A stretch of DNA of 52,318 bases. It comes from a virus (taxonomy: Duplodnaviria; Caudoviricetes). Position 1 is the stretch's first letter; each line of letters opens with the position of its first letter. The DNA is taken from positions 1 to 52,318 of the IMG/VR virus record IMGVR_UViG_3300020042_002456; one strand, written 5' to 3'. The position numbers and the translations under genes were made by a program. This document shows, piece after piece, positions 1 to 8,777 of the stretch. The notes under the pieces are model-generated. The model was not told the DNA's origin and made no database searches. It saw nothing but the letters and a program-made list of their open reading frames with translations.

Positions 1-1
1 T

Positions 2-121
2 GAGTACATGTTTATGACTGACAAACGTACTGTGCTGCAGGAGATGTGTGCATTATTGATAGGGGGTAATGAGATAAAAGAAACATTGGAACAACTTAGC
101 AACTTAGGAGAAAGCAAATGA
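2..121 (+). CDS. Partial hypothetical protein (5' end probably outside window)
   Basis: Open frame EYMFMTDKR...LGESK* ending in an ATGA overlap with the next gene. Confidence 0.6.
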   Translation, partial: EYMFMTDKRTVLQEMCALLIGGNEIKETLEQLSNLGESK

Positions 122-690
122 ATTGGAATATTTTTAAGAGAGTAGCTGAACTAGAGCAGAAGGTAAAAGACCTAACGGACTTTAACAACGATAACAGCCG
201 ATGGATTGCACAGCTGGGAGAGAAGGCACAAAAACTGGAAAGCGCAAATCAGGTTTTAGTGAACTCAAATCAAGCCTTAATTGGGAGGCATGACAACATT
301 GGCAAAAGATTGAAAGATCTGGAGCATCAGGTTTATCTTCAGTCACGCGACCCTCGTATCGCCGCTCTTGAGCAGCAAGTAAAAGAATTGCTTGACTTTA
401 TCAATGATGAAGACCGTAGGATAGAAGATATTGAAGTAAAACTGAAGTTGGTGGATAACGCAACATTTGCACATTCGGTACAGTTAAATTCAAAATACTC
501 AGAAATTCCACCTCCACCTATGCCACTTTTGGTAGATGAAGGGCGCATAAAGAGGCGCCAGTACCAGCGTGATTGGTACGCCAAGAAGGCAGCTATGATA
601 AAGCAGGAAAAGAATGCCCAGGCTGCTCGTGAGAGGAAGAACGCCTACGCAAGAGCCTACTACGCACGCACAAAAGGAGCAAAGAAATGA
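118..690 (+). CDS. Hypothetical coiled-coil protein with basic C-terminus
   Basis: SD AGGAG upstream; internal repeat VAELEQKVKDLTDF / IAALEQQVKELLDF; basic Tyr-rich C-terminal helices. Confidence 0.75.
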   Translation: MNWNIFKRVAELEQKVKDLTDFNNDNSRWIAQLGEKAQKLESANQVLVNSNQALIGRHDNIGKRLKDLEHQVYLQSRDPRIAALEQQVKELLDFINDEDRRIEDIEVKLKLVDNATFAHSVQLNSKYSEIPPPPMPLLVDEGRIKRRQYQRDWYAKKAAMIKQEKNAQAARERKNAYARAYYARTKGAKK

Positions 691-923
691 GAAAAGTACG
701 TTTCATGGAGTTGATGAAGGAGCCGTTCAAAAGACCCAGCCCCTTGGAAATGATTGCTGAGGAACTAGCCGATGCCCACATGGAAAAGCTAAGCGCAGAG
801 ACTGCGGTGGAATATGCCCAGTCGGTAGTGGACTACAACGTAACCCGAATCACGAGACTTAACTCACGATTGGATGAATACCGCAATGATTTTGAAACCA
901 CAAAAATAGGAGGTACAAAATGA
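687..923 (+). CDS. Hypothetical phage protein
   Basis: SD AAGGAG; ATGA coupling at both ends. Confidence 0.75.
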   Translation: MRKVRFMELMKEPFKRPSPLEMIAEELADAHMEKLSAETAVEYAQSVVDYNVTRITRLNSRLDEYRNDFETTKIGGTK

Positions 924-1144
924 AAGACACCCATACGTTAGCAATGGAGCAATTTGCGGAAGCATCTACATGGTTAGAGCGCACTGGCGGTTATGCCCGC
1001 AGCATGACCTTGCGTGACCACTTTGCGGGGTTAGCTATGCAGAGTTTGATTGTTGTTTATAAGGACGACAAGACCATCGTTGCTGAATACTCAGAACGCG
1101 CTTACTTGATAGCAGACGCAATGCTCAAGGAGAGAAACAAATGA
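920..1144 (+). CDS. Small phage protein with 'MTLRDxFAxxAMQ...AYxIADAML' motif
   Basis: Strong SD AGGAGGT; motif familiar from small early phage proteins. Confidence 0.75.
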   Translation: MKDTHTLAMEQFAEASTWLERTGGYARSMTLRDHFAGLAMQSLIVVYKDDKTIVAEYSERAYLIADAMLKERNK

Positions 1145-1359
1145 ACTGCTGTAACGCAAACGGTCAATGCGACCAAGGCAAAGACTGCCCTATACGCAAG
1201 CAACGTATAAAAGAAACCAATGATGCGTACATCAAAGGATTTTTGATGGGGCAGGAAGACCCACTAGATGATATTGCCGACACTTTCAAAGTACTGCTTG
1301 CCATGATAGCTGTAATCGCAACACTCACGCTGCTGGCCTATATGGTGTGGGGGAAGTGA
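1141..1359 (+). CDS. Small Cys-rich protein with C-terminal transmembrane helix
   Basis: CC-x5-C-x5-C N-terminus; hydrophobic C-terminus; ATGA coupling. Confidence 0.7.
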   Translation: MNCCNANGQCDQGKDCPIRKQRIKETNDAYIKGFLMGQEDPLDDIADTFKVLLAMIAVIATLTLLAYMVWGK

Positions 1360-1634
1360 TGACAGGCTATCAATCAAAGAAGGCAGCGGCGCAAGCCAAG
1401 CTGGCACAGCGGAGAACAACAATGGTTGAAGTTGGCGACCTTGTTTACATCCATGAGTCATACGGGCCATTACCTAAAGACTTGTTTGCCGTTGTCACGC
1501 GAGTAGCACACCGCTTACCTGCGCTGGACGACAGATACCCACCTGTAAGCGTGGAGCTATGGGTATTCAAGGGGAAGCCAAAAAGCTGGTATGAACCTGA
1601 ACACTTAACAATTCTGGAGAAAAAATATGGATGA
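1359..1634 (+). CDS. Hypothetical protein (start moved to MTGYQSKK)
   Basis: TGATG coupling with the upstream stop. Confidence 0.6.
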   Translation: MTGYQSKKAAAQAKLAQRRTTMVEVGDLVYIHESYGPLPKDLFAVVTRVAHRLPALDDRYPPVSVELWVFKGKPKSWYEPEHLTILEKKYG

Positions 1635-1812
1635 AGACGACGATATACAAGTTTATGCAGCGGACACGGCAATCGTGAATACGCTGCTGCCCAAGCTGTA
1701 CTCAATCATTGACAGACTATTGGACGGGCAGGACAAGGCGCTGGTTATCGAAGCGCGAAGAGTGCTGCCCAAAGCATATAAGAACTCGTTTGAAAAAGGT
1801 AAAAGCGTATGA
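1627..1812 (+). CDS. Hypothetical protein
   Basis: SD GGAG; overlaps both neighbours. Confidence 0.65.
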   Translation: MDEDDDIQVYAADTAIVNTLLPKLYSIIDRLLDGQDKALVIEARRVLPKAYKNSFEKGKSV

Positions 1813-2021
1813 CTATCGCATGGTACGACCCCACTAACCGCCACGTTAGTACGGACAAGAACGACCCCATGTTTACACCACTTGGTCAGTTGTGGCCTTT
1901 GGTTGTGCAGCGTGAATGGGTAGGGCTGAGTTCGGTTGACTTCAATGATTTCAACCCACTTTTTACAGCCGAAGCGGCGGCACGATGGGCAGAAACCAAA
2001 CTCAAGGAACGCAATGCATAA
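1809..2021 (+). CDS. Hypothetical phage protein with 'REWVGL...KLKERN' C-terminus
   Basis: ATGA coupling; SD AAGGT. Confidence 0.7.
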   Translation: MTIAWYDPTNRHVSTDKNDPMFTPLGQLWPLVVQREWVGLSSVDFNDFNPLFTAEAAARWAETKLKERNA

Positions 2022-2277
2022 GTCCAACCACCACGCCATACGAATGGCCCTGCAAAAGTACCCTGACGGCTTGACCAACTCTGAGATAGCTGAACGGCTA
2101 GAGAAAGATGCGAGTCATATTAAACGTGCGCTATTGGGGATGTCCGATGCGTACATAGACCGATGGACAACCCGCCGAAAACAATGGACTGCTGTATGGT
2201 GCGTAGTAGTGCCACCGCAAAATTGCCCTAAACCAACGGAGAAACCCCTTGACCGAACACGAACAAAACCTACGTGA
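2014..2277 (+). CDS. Putative winged-HTH DNA-binding protein (start moved to MHKSNH)
   Basis: SD AAGGA before ATG 2014; 'GLTNSEIAERLEKDASHIKRAL' HTH-like segment. Confidence 0.65.
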   Translation: MHKSNHHAIRMALQKYPDGLTNSEIAERLEKDASHIKRALLGMSDAYIDRWTTRRKQWTAVWCVVVPPQNCPKPTEKPLDRTRTKPT

Positions 2278-2452
2278 CCTAGCAGCGATGTTTGCTATGA
2301 CAGCGCTGTTGATAAATGAAGGACAAGGTGGGCCTATTGCCGCCACTGCATTTGAACTAGCTGACCAATTTATGCTAGCCCGCAACCCAACCCCCGAAGA
2401 TGGCATAGCCGCACTCAAACCCAAACGAAGGAAACCAAATGAGCAAGACTAA
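2249..2452 (+). CDS. Small phage protein, distant paralogue of 920..1144
   Basis: TTG start with SD GGAG; 'LRDLAAMFAM...AFELADQFML' pattern. Confidence 0.6.
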   Translation: MTEHEQNLRDLAAMFAMTALLINEGQGGPIAATAFELADQFMLARNPTPEDGIAALKPKRRKPNEQD

Positions 2453-2618
2453 AGACATCCCCAACTTTGCAGCTTGGTCAAACAAGAACCTAGCTGACTT
2501 CTGCACCGAGGCGTACATGCGTATGCAGGAAATGCAGGAGGAGAACGAGCACTTGAAGCTGGACGCCAAGGCCGCGCTGGAGGCGGCGCGTAGGGCGATG
2601 GTGGAGGGTAGCAAGTGA
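2439..2618 (+). CDS. Hypothetical 59-aa coiled-coil protein (absent from ORF track)
   Basis: MSKTKDIPNFAAWSNKNLADFC...VEGSK*; SD AAGGA; GTGA overlap with next gene. Confidence 0.7.
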   Translation: MSKTKDIPNFAAWSNKNLADFCTEAYMRMQEMQEENEHLKLDAKAALEAARRAMVEGSK

Positions 2619-2917
2619 CGCCCGAAGCCAAGGTCAAAGCAACAGTGCGCAAACTACTGGCACAGTATGGCGCGTACTACACCATGCCCCTTGGGGCTGG
2701 CTTCGGGGTGGCCGGTGTGCCTGACTTCTTGTGCTGTGTTGAGGGCGTGTTCCTAGCGGTGGAGGCCAAGGCAGGCAGGGGTAAGACGACAGCGCTGCAA
2801 GACCGGCAGCTTGCTGCAATACAAGCGGCGGGGGGCCACGCCTTGGTCATCCGCGAGACAAACATAAACGAACTAGAGGAGAAACTGATATGGATAAAAC
2901 AGAATTCAACCGCATAG
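2615..2917 (+). CDS. VRR-NUC domain nuclease (putative Holliday junction resolvase)
   Basis: E...GVPD...VEAK...Q motif pattern. Confidence 0.85.
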   Translation: MTPEAKVKATVRKLLAQYGAYYTMPLGAGFGVAGVPDFLCCVEGVFLAVEAKAGRGKTTALQDRQLAAIQAAGGHALVIRETNINELEEKLIWIKQNSTA

Positions 2918-3174
2918 CGCAGGTAGTGGAGGAGTGCATCGAAGGCATGTCCGCTGCGCGGGTCACCGCCATGCTGCAAATGTTTGAGCGCGTGGCCTTG
3001 GCGTTTGCCAAACAAAACGGCGGCATGCTTACGCTGGAGGTAGTAGAGGATGGGGTGCTGCTCTCTGCTATTGATCTTGACGAGGCCGAAGTTATGGAGA
3101 TGGTTGGGGTGCTGGCTATCAAGATGCACATGGAAGTTATGGGCGGTGCGCCTGCCAAGGAGATGTTCAATTGA
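2890..3174 (+). CDS. Hypothetical protein
   Basis: SD GAGGA; couples to the polymerase start. Confidence 0.65.
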   Translation: MDKTEFNRIAQVVEECIEGMSAARVTAMLQMFERVALAFAKQNGGMLTLEVVEDGVLLSAIDLDEAEVMEMVGVLAIKMHMEVMGGAPAKEMFN

Positions 3175-5159
3175 GCGCTCCCTACGACCGCATACTGACC
3201 ATTGACTTTGAAACGTACTGGGACAGCAAGAGTTATACCCTATCAAAAATGACAACTGAGGAGTACATACGTGACGACAAGTTCTTGGCTTTCGGAGCCT
3301 GCATACACGAGTTTCGGAGTGACCGACCCACACAGTGGTATCGAGGAGGTGATGAGCTTCATAGAGTCCTATCAACATACGACTGGGGACGAACCGCCGT
3401 GCTTGCACATAACGCCCAATTCGACGTCTCCATCCTCTCTTGGAGGTATAGCGTCAGACCCGCTTTTATCTTCGACACGCTATCAATGGCAAGAGCTTTA
3501 CGAGGCGTGGAGGTTGGCAACAGTCTCGCCCGACTTGCGGGAGATTTTGGTCTTCCCCCAAAAGGAACAGCCGTCTATAGTACCGATGGCCTCACTCACA
3601 TCTCGGCTGATACGGAAAAAGAACTCGCTGATTACTGTGCGCATGACGTATTCCTGTGTGAAGAAATCTTCCAACGCCTCGTTGCGGGCTACCCTTCGTC
3701 GGAACTACGCCTCATCGACATGACGCTGAAGATGTACACCGAGCCAGTGTTGCAGCTTGACAAGCTCATGCTAGTTAACGCCATCGAGGAGGAGCGTGAG
3801 ATGCGCGAGGAGTTGTTGGCAAGGCTGAACGTGACGGACGCTATGCTGGCAAGCAACGGCCAGTTTGCAGAACTGCTGCGCACCCTTGGTGTGGAGCCGC
3901 CGACCAAGAAGAAAAAGCCCACGGTAAAAACCCCTCACCCCAAGGGTGTCAACTTTGCATTCGCCAAGACGGACGCTATGTTCCAAGCCATGCTCAACGG
4001 GAGCAACGAGGATGTGGCCTCACTGTGCGAGGCTCGGCTCAAGGTCAAGTCCACGACTGAGCGCACACGGGCGCAGCGGTTCCTAGAGATTTCTCAGCGT
4101 GGCCCGCTGCCTGTGCCGCTTAGTTATTACGGAGCCCTGTCGGGGCGCTGGACTGCCAGCAAGGGCAGCGCTATCAACATGCAGAACTTAAAGCGTGGCT
4201 CGTTCCTGCGCAAAGCGATCATGGCCCCCGAGGGGCATCAGTTGGTGGTGGGTGACCTGTCGCAGATCGAGCCGCGTGTACTGGCGTGGCTGTCGGACTA
4301 CGAGGAGATGCTGGATATCTTCCGATCAGGCGCTGACCCGTACGCTGCCTTCGGTTCGCAGATGTTTAACATCCCCGGCATGACCAAGGACAGCCACCCC
4401 GACCTGCGTCAGAGCGCCAAGAGCGCGTTGCTGGGTGCGGGGTATGGGCTAGGCTGGGCATCGTTCGCGCAGCAGCTTCTGACGGGTTTCCTTGGTGCTC
4501 CGCCTGTGCGCTACAACAAGGACTTCGCCCGCAAGCTGGGGGTGGATGCTGCATACGTGGACAGGTTCCTTGACTGGGAGGACAACACCAAACAGATGGC
4601 GGAGATTTCCCACACCTGCACGGACAAAGAGTTGCTCATCCACTGCGTAGCGGCTAAGAAGATCATCGACATCTACCGCAGCACGGCGCATCCGGTGGTA
4701 TCCTTTTGGGACATGTGCCGCGACCTTATTGGTTCCTCTCTTGCTAACGGGCGGGAGTTCAGGTATAAATGCATTGTGTTCAGGAAGGGCGAGATTGAGT
4801 TGCCCAACGGCATGAAGCTCCTGTACCCTGACCTGCGCCAAGTCAAGGACGATAAGGGGCGGATGCAGTGGGTGTACGGGCAGGATGCCACCAAGCTGTA
4901 TGCTGGTAAAATAACGAATAATGTGGTGCAGGCAACTGCCCGGATTGTGATGACCGATGGGATGCTCCGCGTAGCAAAAAGCTATCCCGTCAAAGGCACA
5001 GTGCATGATGAGCTTATAGCCGTTGTGCCCGATGCCGAAGTAGAAAACGCTAAGACTTGGGTCTTGGCGCAAATGACTATGGAGCCACGGTATATGCCGG
5101 GGATTCCGTTGAACGCTGACGGTGGTGCGCACCGTAGATATGGACTAGCAAAAGGATAG
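3171..5159 (+). CDS. polA: Family A DNA polymerase with 3'-5' exonuclease domain
   Basis: Exo I IDFET, Exo II HNAQFD, Exo III YCAHD; motif A DLSQIE, motif B RQSAKSALLGAGYG, motif C VHDE. Confidence 0.95.
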   Translation: MSAPYDRILTIDFETYWDSKSYTLSKMTTEEYIRDDKFLAFGACIHEFRSDRPTQWYRGGDELHRVLSTYDWGRTAVLAHNAQFDVSILSWRYSVRPAFIFDTLSMARALRGVEVGNSLARLAGDFGLPPKGTAVYSTDGLTHISADTEKELADYCAHDVFLCEEIFQRLVAGYPSSELRLIDMTLKMYTEPVLQLDKLMLVNAIEEEREMREELLARLNVTDAMLASNGQFAELLRTLGVEPPTKKKKPTVKTPHPKGVNFAFAKTDAMFQAMLNGSNEDVASLCEARLKVKSTTERTRAQRFLEISQRGPLPVPLSYYGALSGRWTASKGSAINMQNLKRGSFLRKAIMAPEGHQLVVGDLSQIEPRVLAWLSDYEEMLDIFRSGADPYAAFGSQMFNIPGMTKDSHPDLRQSAKSALLGAGYGLGWASFAQQLLTGFLGAPPVRYNKDFARKLGVDAAYVDRFLDWEDNTKQMAEISHTCTDKELLIHCVAAKKIIDIYRSTAHPVVSFWDMCRDLIGSSLANGREFRYKCIVFRKGEIELPNGMKLLYPDLRQVKDDKGRMQWVYGQDATKLYAGKITNNVVQATARIVMTDGMLRVAKSYPVKGTVHDELIAVVPDAEVENAKTWVLAQMTMEPRYMPGIPLNADGGAHRRYGLAKG

Positions 5160-5168
5160 GAGAAATAA

Positions 5169-5486
5169 ATGGCAACAACAGAAAGAACCCCAATCCCACG
5201 GCGTATGCGTGTGGGCAAGCGGATGTACTCGGTAGAGGTGGTCGAGGCTTTGATCGACAAGAACTGCATGGGCCAAGTCAACTACCAGAACCGCAACATA
5301 CGGATTGCAACGCATCACTCCCCCGGACGTAAGATTGCAGGCGCTGACGTACGCGATTCGTTTTGGCACGAGACTATTCATGCCATCTTGCACGACATGG
5401 GCAGGAACAACCTAAATCGTGACGAGGCGTTTGTACGTGGGTTTGCATCACGGCTTTCCCATGCAATTGACACAGCGAGGTTCTAA
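5169..5486 (+). CDS. Small zincin-like (HExxH) metallopeptidase-domain protein
   Basis: FWHETIHAILH motif; SD AGGAG. Confidence 0.7.
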   Translation: MATTERTPIPRRMRVGKRMYSVEVVEALIDKNCMGQVNYQNRNIRIATHHSPGRKIAGADVRDSFWHETIHAILHDMGRNNLNRDEAFVRGFASRLSHAIDTARF

Positions 5487-6152
5487 ATGAAAGTAGTGTC
5501 GTGGAGTCATAGCGCTCTCAAGGATTACGAGGGATGCCCCAAGCGGTATCAAGAGATCAAGGTCTTAAAGAACTACCCGTTCACTGAGACTGAGGCCACA
5601 AGGTACGGCAATCAAGTCCATGAAGCCATCGAGCTATACATCCGCGACAACAAGCCAGTGCCTGCTGCCTATGCGCAGTTTGTACCGGTGGTTGATGAGC
5701 TACTCAAGAAGCCCGGACGCAAGCTAGCGGAGCAGCAGATGGCGCTGACCAAGGAACTAAAGCCCTGTGATTGGAAAGCAAAAGATGTGTGGGTGCGCGG
5801 CATCGCGGACTTGCTTATCATTGACGATGACAACATGACTGCATGGGTGGTGGACTGGAAGACGGGCTCGGATAAATACCCTGACCGCGACCAGCTAAAG
5901 CTCATGTCGATCATGGTGTTCGCGCACTACCCGCACATCCGCAAGGTCAACTCAGCGCTGCTATTCATCGTCAAGAACAGCATGACTAAGCACAGTATGA
6001 CTTTCGATCAAGCCGAGTCCCACTGGTGGGACTATCGTGAGCGTGCCGCCCGCATTGAGCAAGCCCATGAGACAGGCGTGTGGAACGCCAAGCCTTCGCC
6101 GTTATGCCCGTGGTGTCCGGCCACCACTTGTGTACATCACCCTAAACATTGA
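5487..6152 (+). CDS. PD-(D/E)XK (RecB/Cas4-like) exonuclease
   Basis: N-terminal CP, G-xx-H, GIAD, VDWKTG, Q, C-terminal CxxC-x5-C. Confidence 0.85.
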   Translation: MKVVSWSHSALKDYEGCPKRYQEIKVLKNYPFTETEATRYGNQVHEAIELYIRDNKPVPAAYAQFVPVVDELLKKPGRKLAEQQMALTKELKPCDWKAKDVWVRGIADLLIIDDDNMTAWVVDWKTGSDKYPDRDQLKLMSIMVFAHYPHIRKVNSALLFIVKNSMTKHSMTFDQAESHWWDYRERAARIEQAHETGVWNAKPSPLCPWCPATTCVHHPKH

Positions 6153-6163
6153 AAGGAATGGAC

Positions 6164-6448
6164 ATGTCTTTATACACCCCGAACAACTTTTTGATGCGCC
6201 CCTGCAAATGCCACATTTGCTACAAAGATATTACTGAACAGCAGTACGCCATTGAGCACTCAGGTAACGGGCAAACGGCGCAAGGAGAAATTTTGGAAAG
6301 TTACGTTACGATTTGGATGCATCCCGAGTGCGCGACTGTTATGGTGTTGCGCTTGGCACACGATGTCATGAGAGTAGAAAATAAGCCAAACCAGCCACGG
6401 CGCGTTGTTGACACACTGCAAGATACAGCCAAACGCAATAACCCTTAA
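6164..6448 (+). CDS. Putative Zn-binding hypothetical protein
   Basis: SD AAAGGA 6 nt before ATG 6164; CHIC...HPEC. Confidence 0.6.
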   Translation: MSLYTPNNFLMRPCKCHICYKDITEQQYAIEHSGNGQTAQGEILESYVTIWMHPECATVMVLRLAHDVMRVENKPNQPRRVVDTLQDTAKRNNP

Positions 6449-6457
6449 GGAACATTA

Positions 6458-6718
6458 ATGCCTTACAAAGACCCCAAAGATCGCAGCACGTACCCCGCGT
6501 ATGCGCAAAAACCAGACGTTATAAAAAAGCGTGCTGTACGTAACAAAGCGCGGGCCATCATGGAGAAAGAAGGACTGGTGCATAAAGGTGACGGCAAAGA
6601 CGTTGACCACAAAAAGCCCGTCAGTAAAGGCGGCAGTACTGTGCGAAGTAATCTGCGCGTCAAGTCGGCCTCGGCCAATAGATCGTTTGCTCGTAACAGC
6701 GATCACACAATCAAATAA
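6458..6718 (+). CDS. HNH endonuclease
   Basis: DVDHKKPVSKGG...NLR...NRS. Confidence 0.85.
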   Translation: MPYKDPKDRSTYPAYAQKPDVIKKRAVRNKARAIMEKEGLVHKGDGKDVDHKKPVSKGGSTVRSNLRVKSASANRSFARNSDHTIK

Positions 6719-6733
6719 TTACATGAGAAGCAA

Positions 6734-8293
6734 ATGCAAATCGTTGAAGACAAAGCAATACTCCTAAAGACTAGAAACCCCGATAAATACGCCATCATCC
6801 CCAAGCACAAAGTCATTAGCGAAAGCAATGGCACGTACGAGGTATTGGTGTACTGGGGGCTGGAGGAGGTTAAGGTACTACGCAACTTGGGCGTGAAGGA
6901 TGCGCCCTCACCAATCGTCAAGCGCTATAGCTGGCCCGGACGATACAAGCCAATGGATCACCAGCGGGTAACCTCTGAGTTCCTGACGCTCCACCGCAAA
7001 GCCTTCGTGTTCTCTGAGCCGGGTACGGGCAAGACACTATCGGCGCTGTGGGCTGCGGACTACCTCATGAGTATCGGTAAGGTACGCCGCGTGCTTATCC
7101 TGTGCCCGCTCTCGATCATGCAGTCAGCTTGGCTGGGGGACTTGAGCAACAGCATCATCCACCGATCTGCCGTTGTAGCGCACCATGCGCAATCTAGCCG
7201 CCGTATCGAGATGGTGCAGCAGAACTACGAGTTCGTCATCACCAACTACGATGGGCTGAACCTGATCGCTGACGAAGTGCGCAAGGACGGGCGCTTTGAC
7301 TTGGTGATCGTGGACGAGGCCAACGCGTACAAGACGCAGACTACAAGGCGCTGGAAGGCGCTAGCGTCCATCCTGACCCCGGACACCCACCTGTGGATGA
7401 TGACAGGCACACCGGCCTCGCAGTCCCCCGCAGATGCGTACGGGCTGGCTAAGCTGGTCAACCCCAACAACGTGCCCAAGTTCTACACCGCTTGGCGCGA
7501 TATGGTCATGAACAAAGTCACCATGTTCAAGTGGGCCGCTAAGCCCAACGCCGTTGACACCGTGCACACAGCGCTACAACCCGCCATCCGGTTCACTAAG
7601 GCGCAGTGCCTGGACTTACCTGATGTGCTGACCACCACCCGCCTTGTGCCCCTGACCCCGCAACAGGCCAAGTACTACAACTTGCTCAAAGAGCGCATGA
7701 CCGCCATTGCCGCAGGCGAGACAATCACAGCAGTCAACGCTGCTGCCAACCTTAGTAAGCTGTTGCAAATCTCGTGCGGCGCGGTGTACACCGATGACAA
7801 AGACGTTGTGCAGTTCGATGCTGCCCCGCGCCTGTCGGTGCTGGAAGAAATACTGGAGGAGACGGACAGGAAGGTCATCATCTTTGCGCTGTTTCGTTCC
7901 AGCATCGACACCATTCACCAGTACCTGCTCAAGAAAGGCGTAGCGGTGGAGTGCATCCACGGCGGGGTTACACCCAACAAACGGGCGGACATCATCCGCC
8001 GATTCCAAAACGAGAAAGACCCACGGGTCTTGGTGCTGCAACCGCAAGCATCGGCCCACGGGATAACCCTAACAGCCGCTGACACCGTGGTGTTCTTTGG
8101 CCCCTTGATGAGCGTGGAGCAGTACATCCAGTGCATTGCCCGTGCTGACCGCAAGGGGCAGAACTCCGATAAGGTCACAGTTATCCACATAGAAGGTAGC
8201 CCGGTGGAGAAGAAGATGTTCACAGCTTTGGCCTCCAAGGTTGTGGATAACTCGCTGCTCACCCGTATGTTTGAAAGTGAAATAAATTCTTAA
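6734..8293 (+). CDS. SNF2-family (SF2) helicase
   Basis: Walker A GTGKT, DEAN, TGTP, HGITL, QCIARADR. Confidence 0.92.
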   Translation: MQIVEDKAILLKTRNPDKYAIIPKHKVISESNGTYEVLVYWGLEEVKVLRNLGVKDAPSPIVKRYSWPGRYKPMDHQRVTSEFLTLHRKAFVFSEPGTGKTLSALWAADYLMSIGKVRRVLILCPLSIMQSAWLGDLSNSIIHRSAVVAHHAQSSRRIEMVQQNYEFVITNYDGLNLIADEVRKDGRFDLVIVDEANAYKTQTTRRWKALASILTPDTHLWMMTGTPASQSPADAYGLAKLVNPNNVPKFYTAWRDMVMNKVTMFKWAAKPNAVDTVHTALQPAIRFTKAQCLDLPDVLTTTRLVPLTPQQAKYYNLLKERMTAIAAGETITAVNAAANLSKLLQISCGAVYTDDKDVVQFDAAPRLSVLEEILEETDRKVIIFALFRSSIDTIHQYLLKKGVAVECIHGGVTPNKRADIIRRFQNEKDPRVLVLQPQASAHGITLTAADTVVFFGPLMSVEQYIQCIARADRKGQNSDKVTVIHIEGSPVEKKMFTALASKVVDNSLLTRMFESEINS

Positions 8294-8320
8294 GAAAGGA
8301 GGTACAGGCCCGGAAAATTC

Positions 8321-8344
8321 GTGTAGACTGTCAAGTCTTAGACA
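8321..8344 (+). promoter_or_regulatory. Putative -10 element (GTG-TAGACT) overlapped by the imperfect palindrome TGTCAA-N4-TAGACA
   Basis: One of the largest intergenic gaps in the early arm; 5/6 inverted repeat at 8329-8344. Confidence 0.45.
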
Positions 8345-8362
8345 AAACAACAGGAGAAGTAA

Positions 8363-8767
8363 ATGACTGAAATCACCGTCCCTATGGACAAGCTAGCCCG
8401 GATTTATCGTAAGATAAAAACCGAAATTGACACGCTAACGCAGGAGTACGACAACAAGTTGGAAACTTTGAAAGCGCAACAAGACGAACTCAAGTTCGCT
8501 ATGAAAGATCAGATGCAGGCGCTTGGCGTCAAGTCTGTGCAGACTACCTTTGGAACCGTAGCCATGATCCACAAGACGCGCTACTCCACACAGGACTGGG
8601 ACTCGTTCAAGAAATTTATTGTTGAACATGATGTCGTAGACCTGTTGGAGAAGCGTATCGCGCAGACCAACATGGCTAGGTTTTTGGAGGAGAACCCCGG
8701 TTCAGTGCCACCCGGCCTGAATTCGTTTTCGGATTTTGAAATCCGCGTAACTAAACCAAGTAAGTAA
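8363..8767 (+). CDS. Conserved phage replication-module protein (coiled coil; possibly Gam/Gp157-like)
   Basis: SD AGGAG; N-terminal coiled coil followed by 'DWDSF...LLEKRI'. Confidence 0.7.
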   Translation: MTEITVPMDKLARIYRKIKTEIDTLTQEYDNKLETLKAQQDELKFAMKDQMQALGVKSVQTTFGTVAMIHKTRYSTQDWDSFKKFIVEHDVVDLLEKRIAQTNMARFLEENPGSVPPGLNSFSDFEIRVTKPSK

Positions 8768-8777
8768 GGTATTAATC

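Noticed and set aside
5487-6152. Cas4-like nuclease as a sign of CRISPR-Cas
   Set aside because: No repeat-spacer array or other cas genes; such nucleases are routine in phage replication modules
6458-6718. HNH as an intron-encoded homing endonuclease
   Set aside because: Free-standing with its own SD; flanking genes are intact
8295-8326. Perfect SD AAAGGAGGT followed by GTG-TAG (possible start-stop minigene)
   Set aside because: Spacing of about 17 nt is too long and no ORF follows; function unsupported
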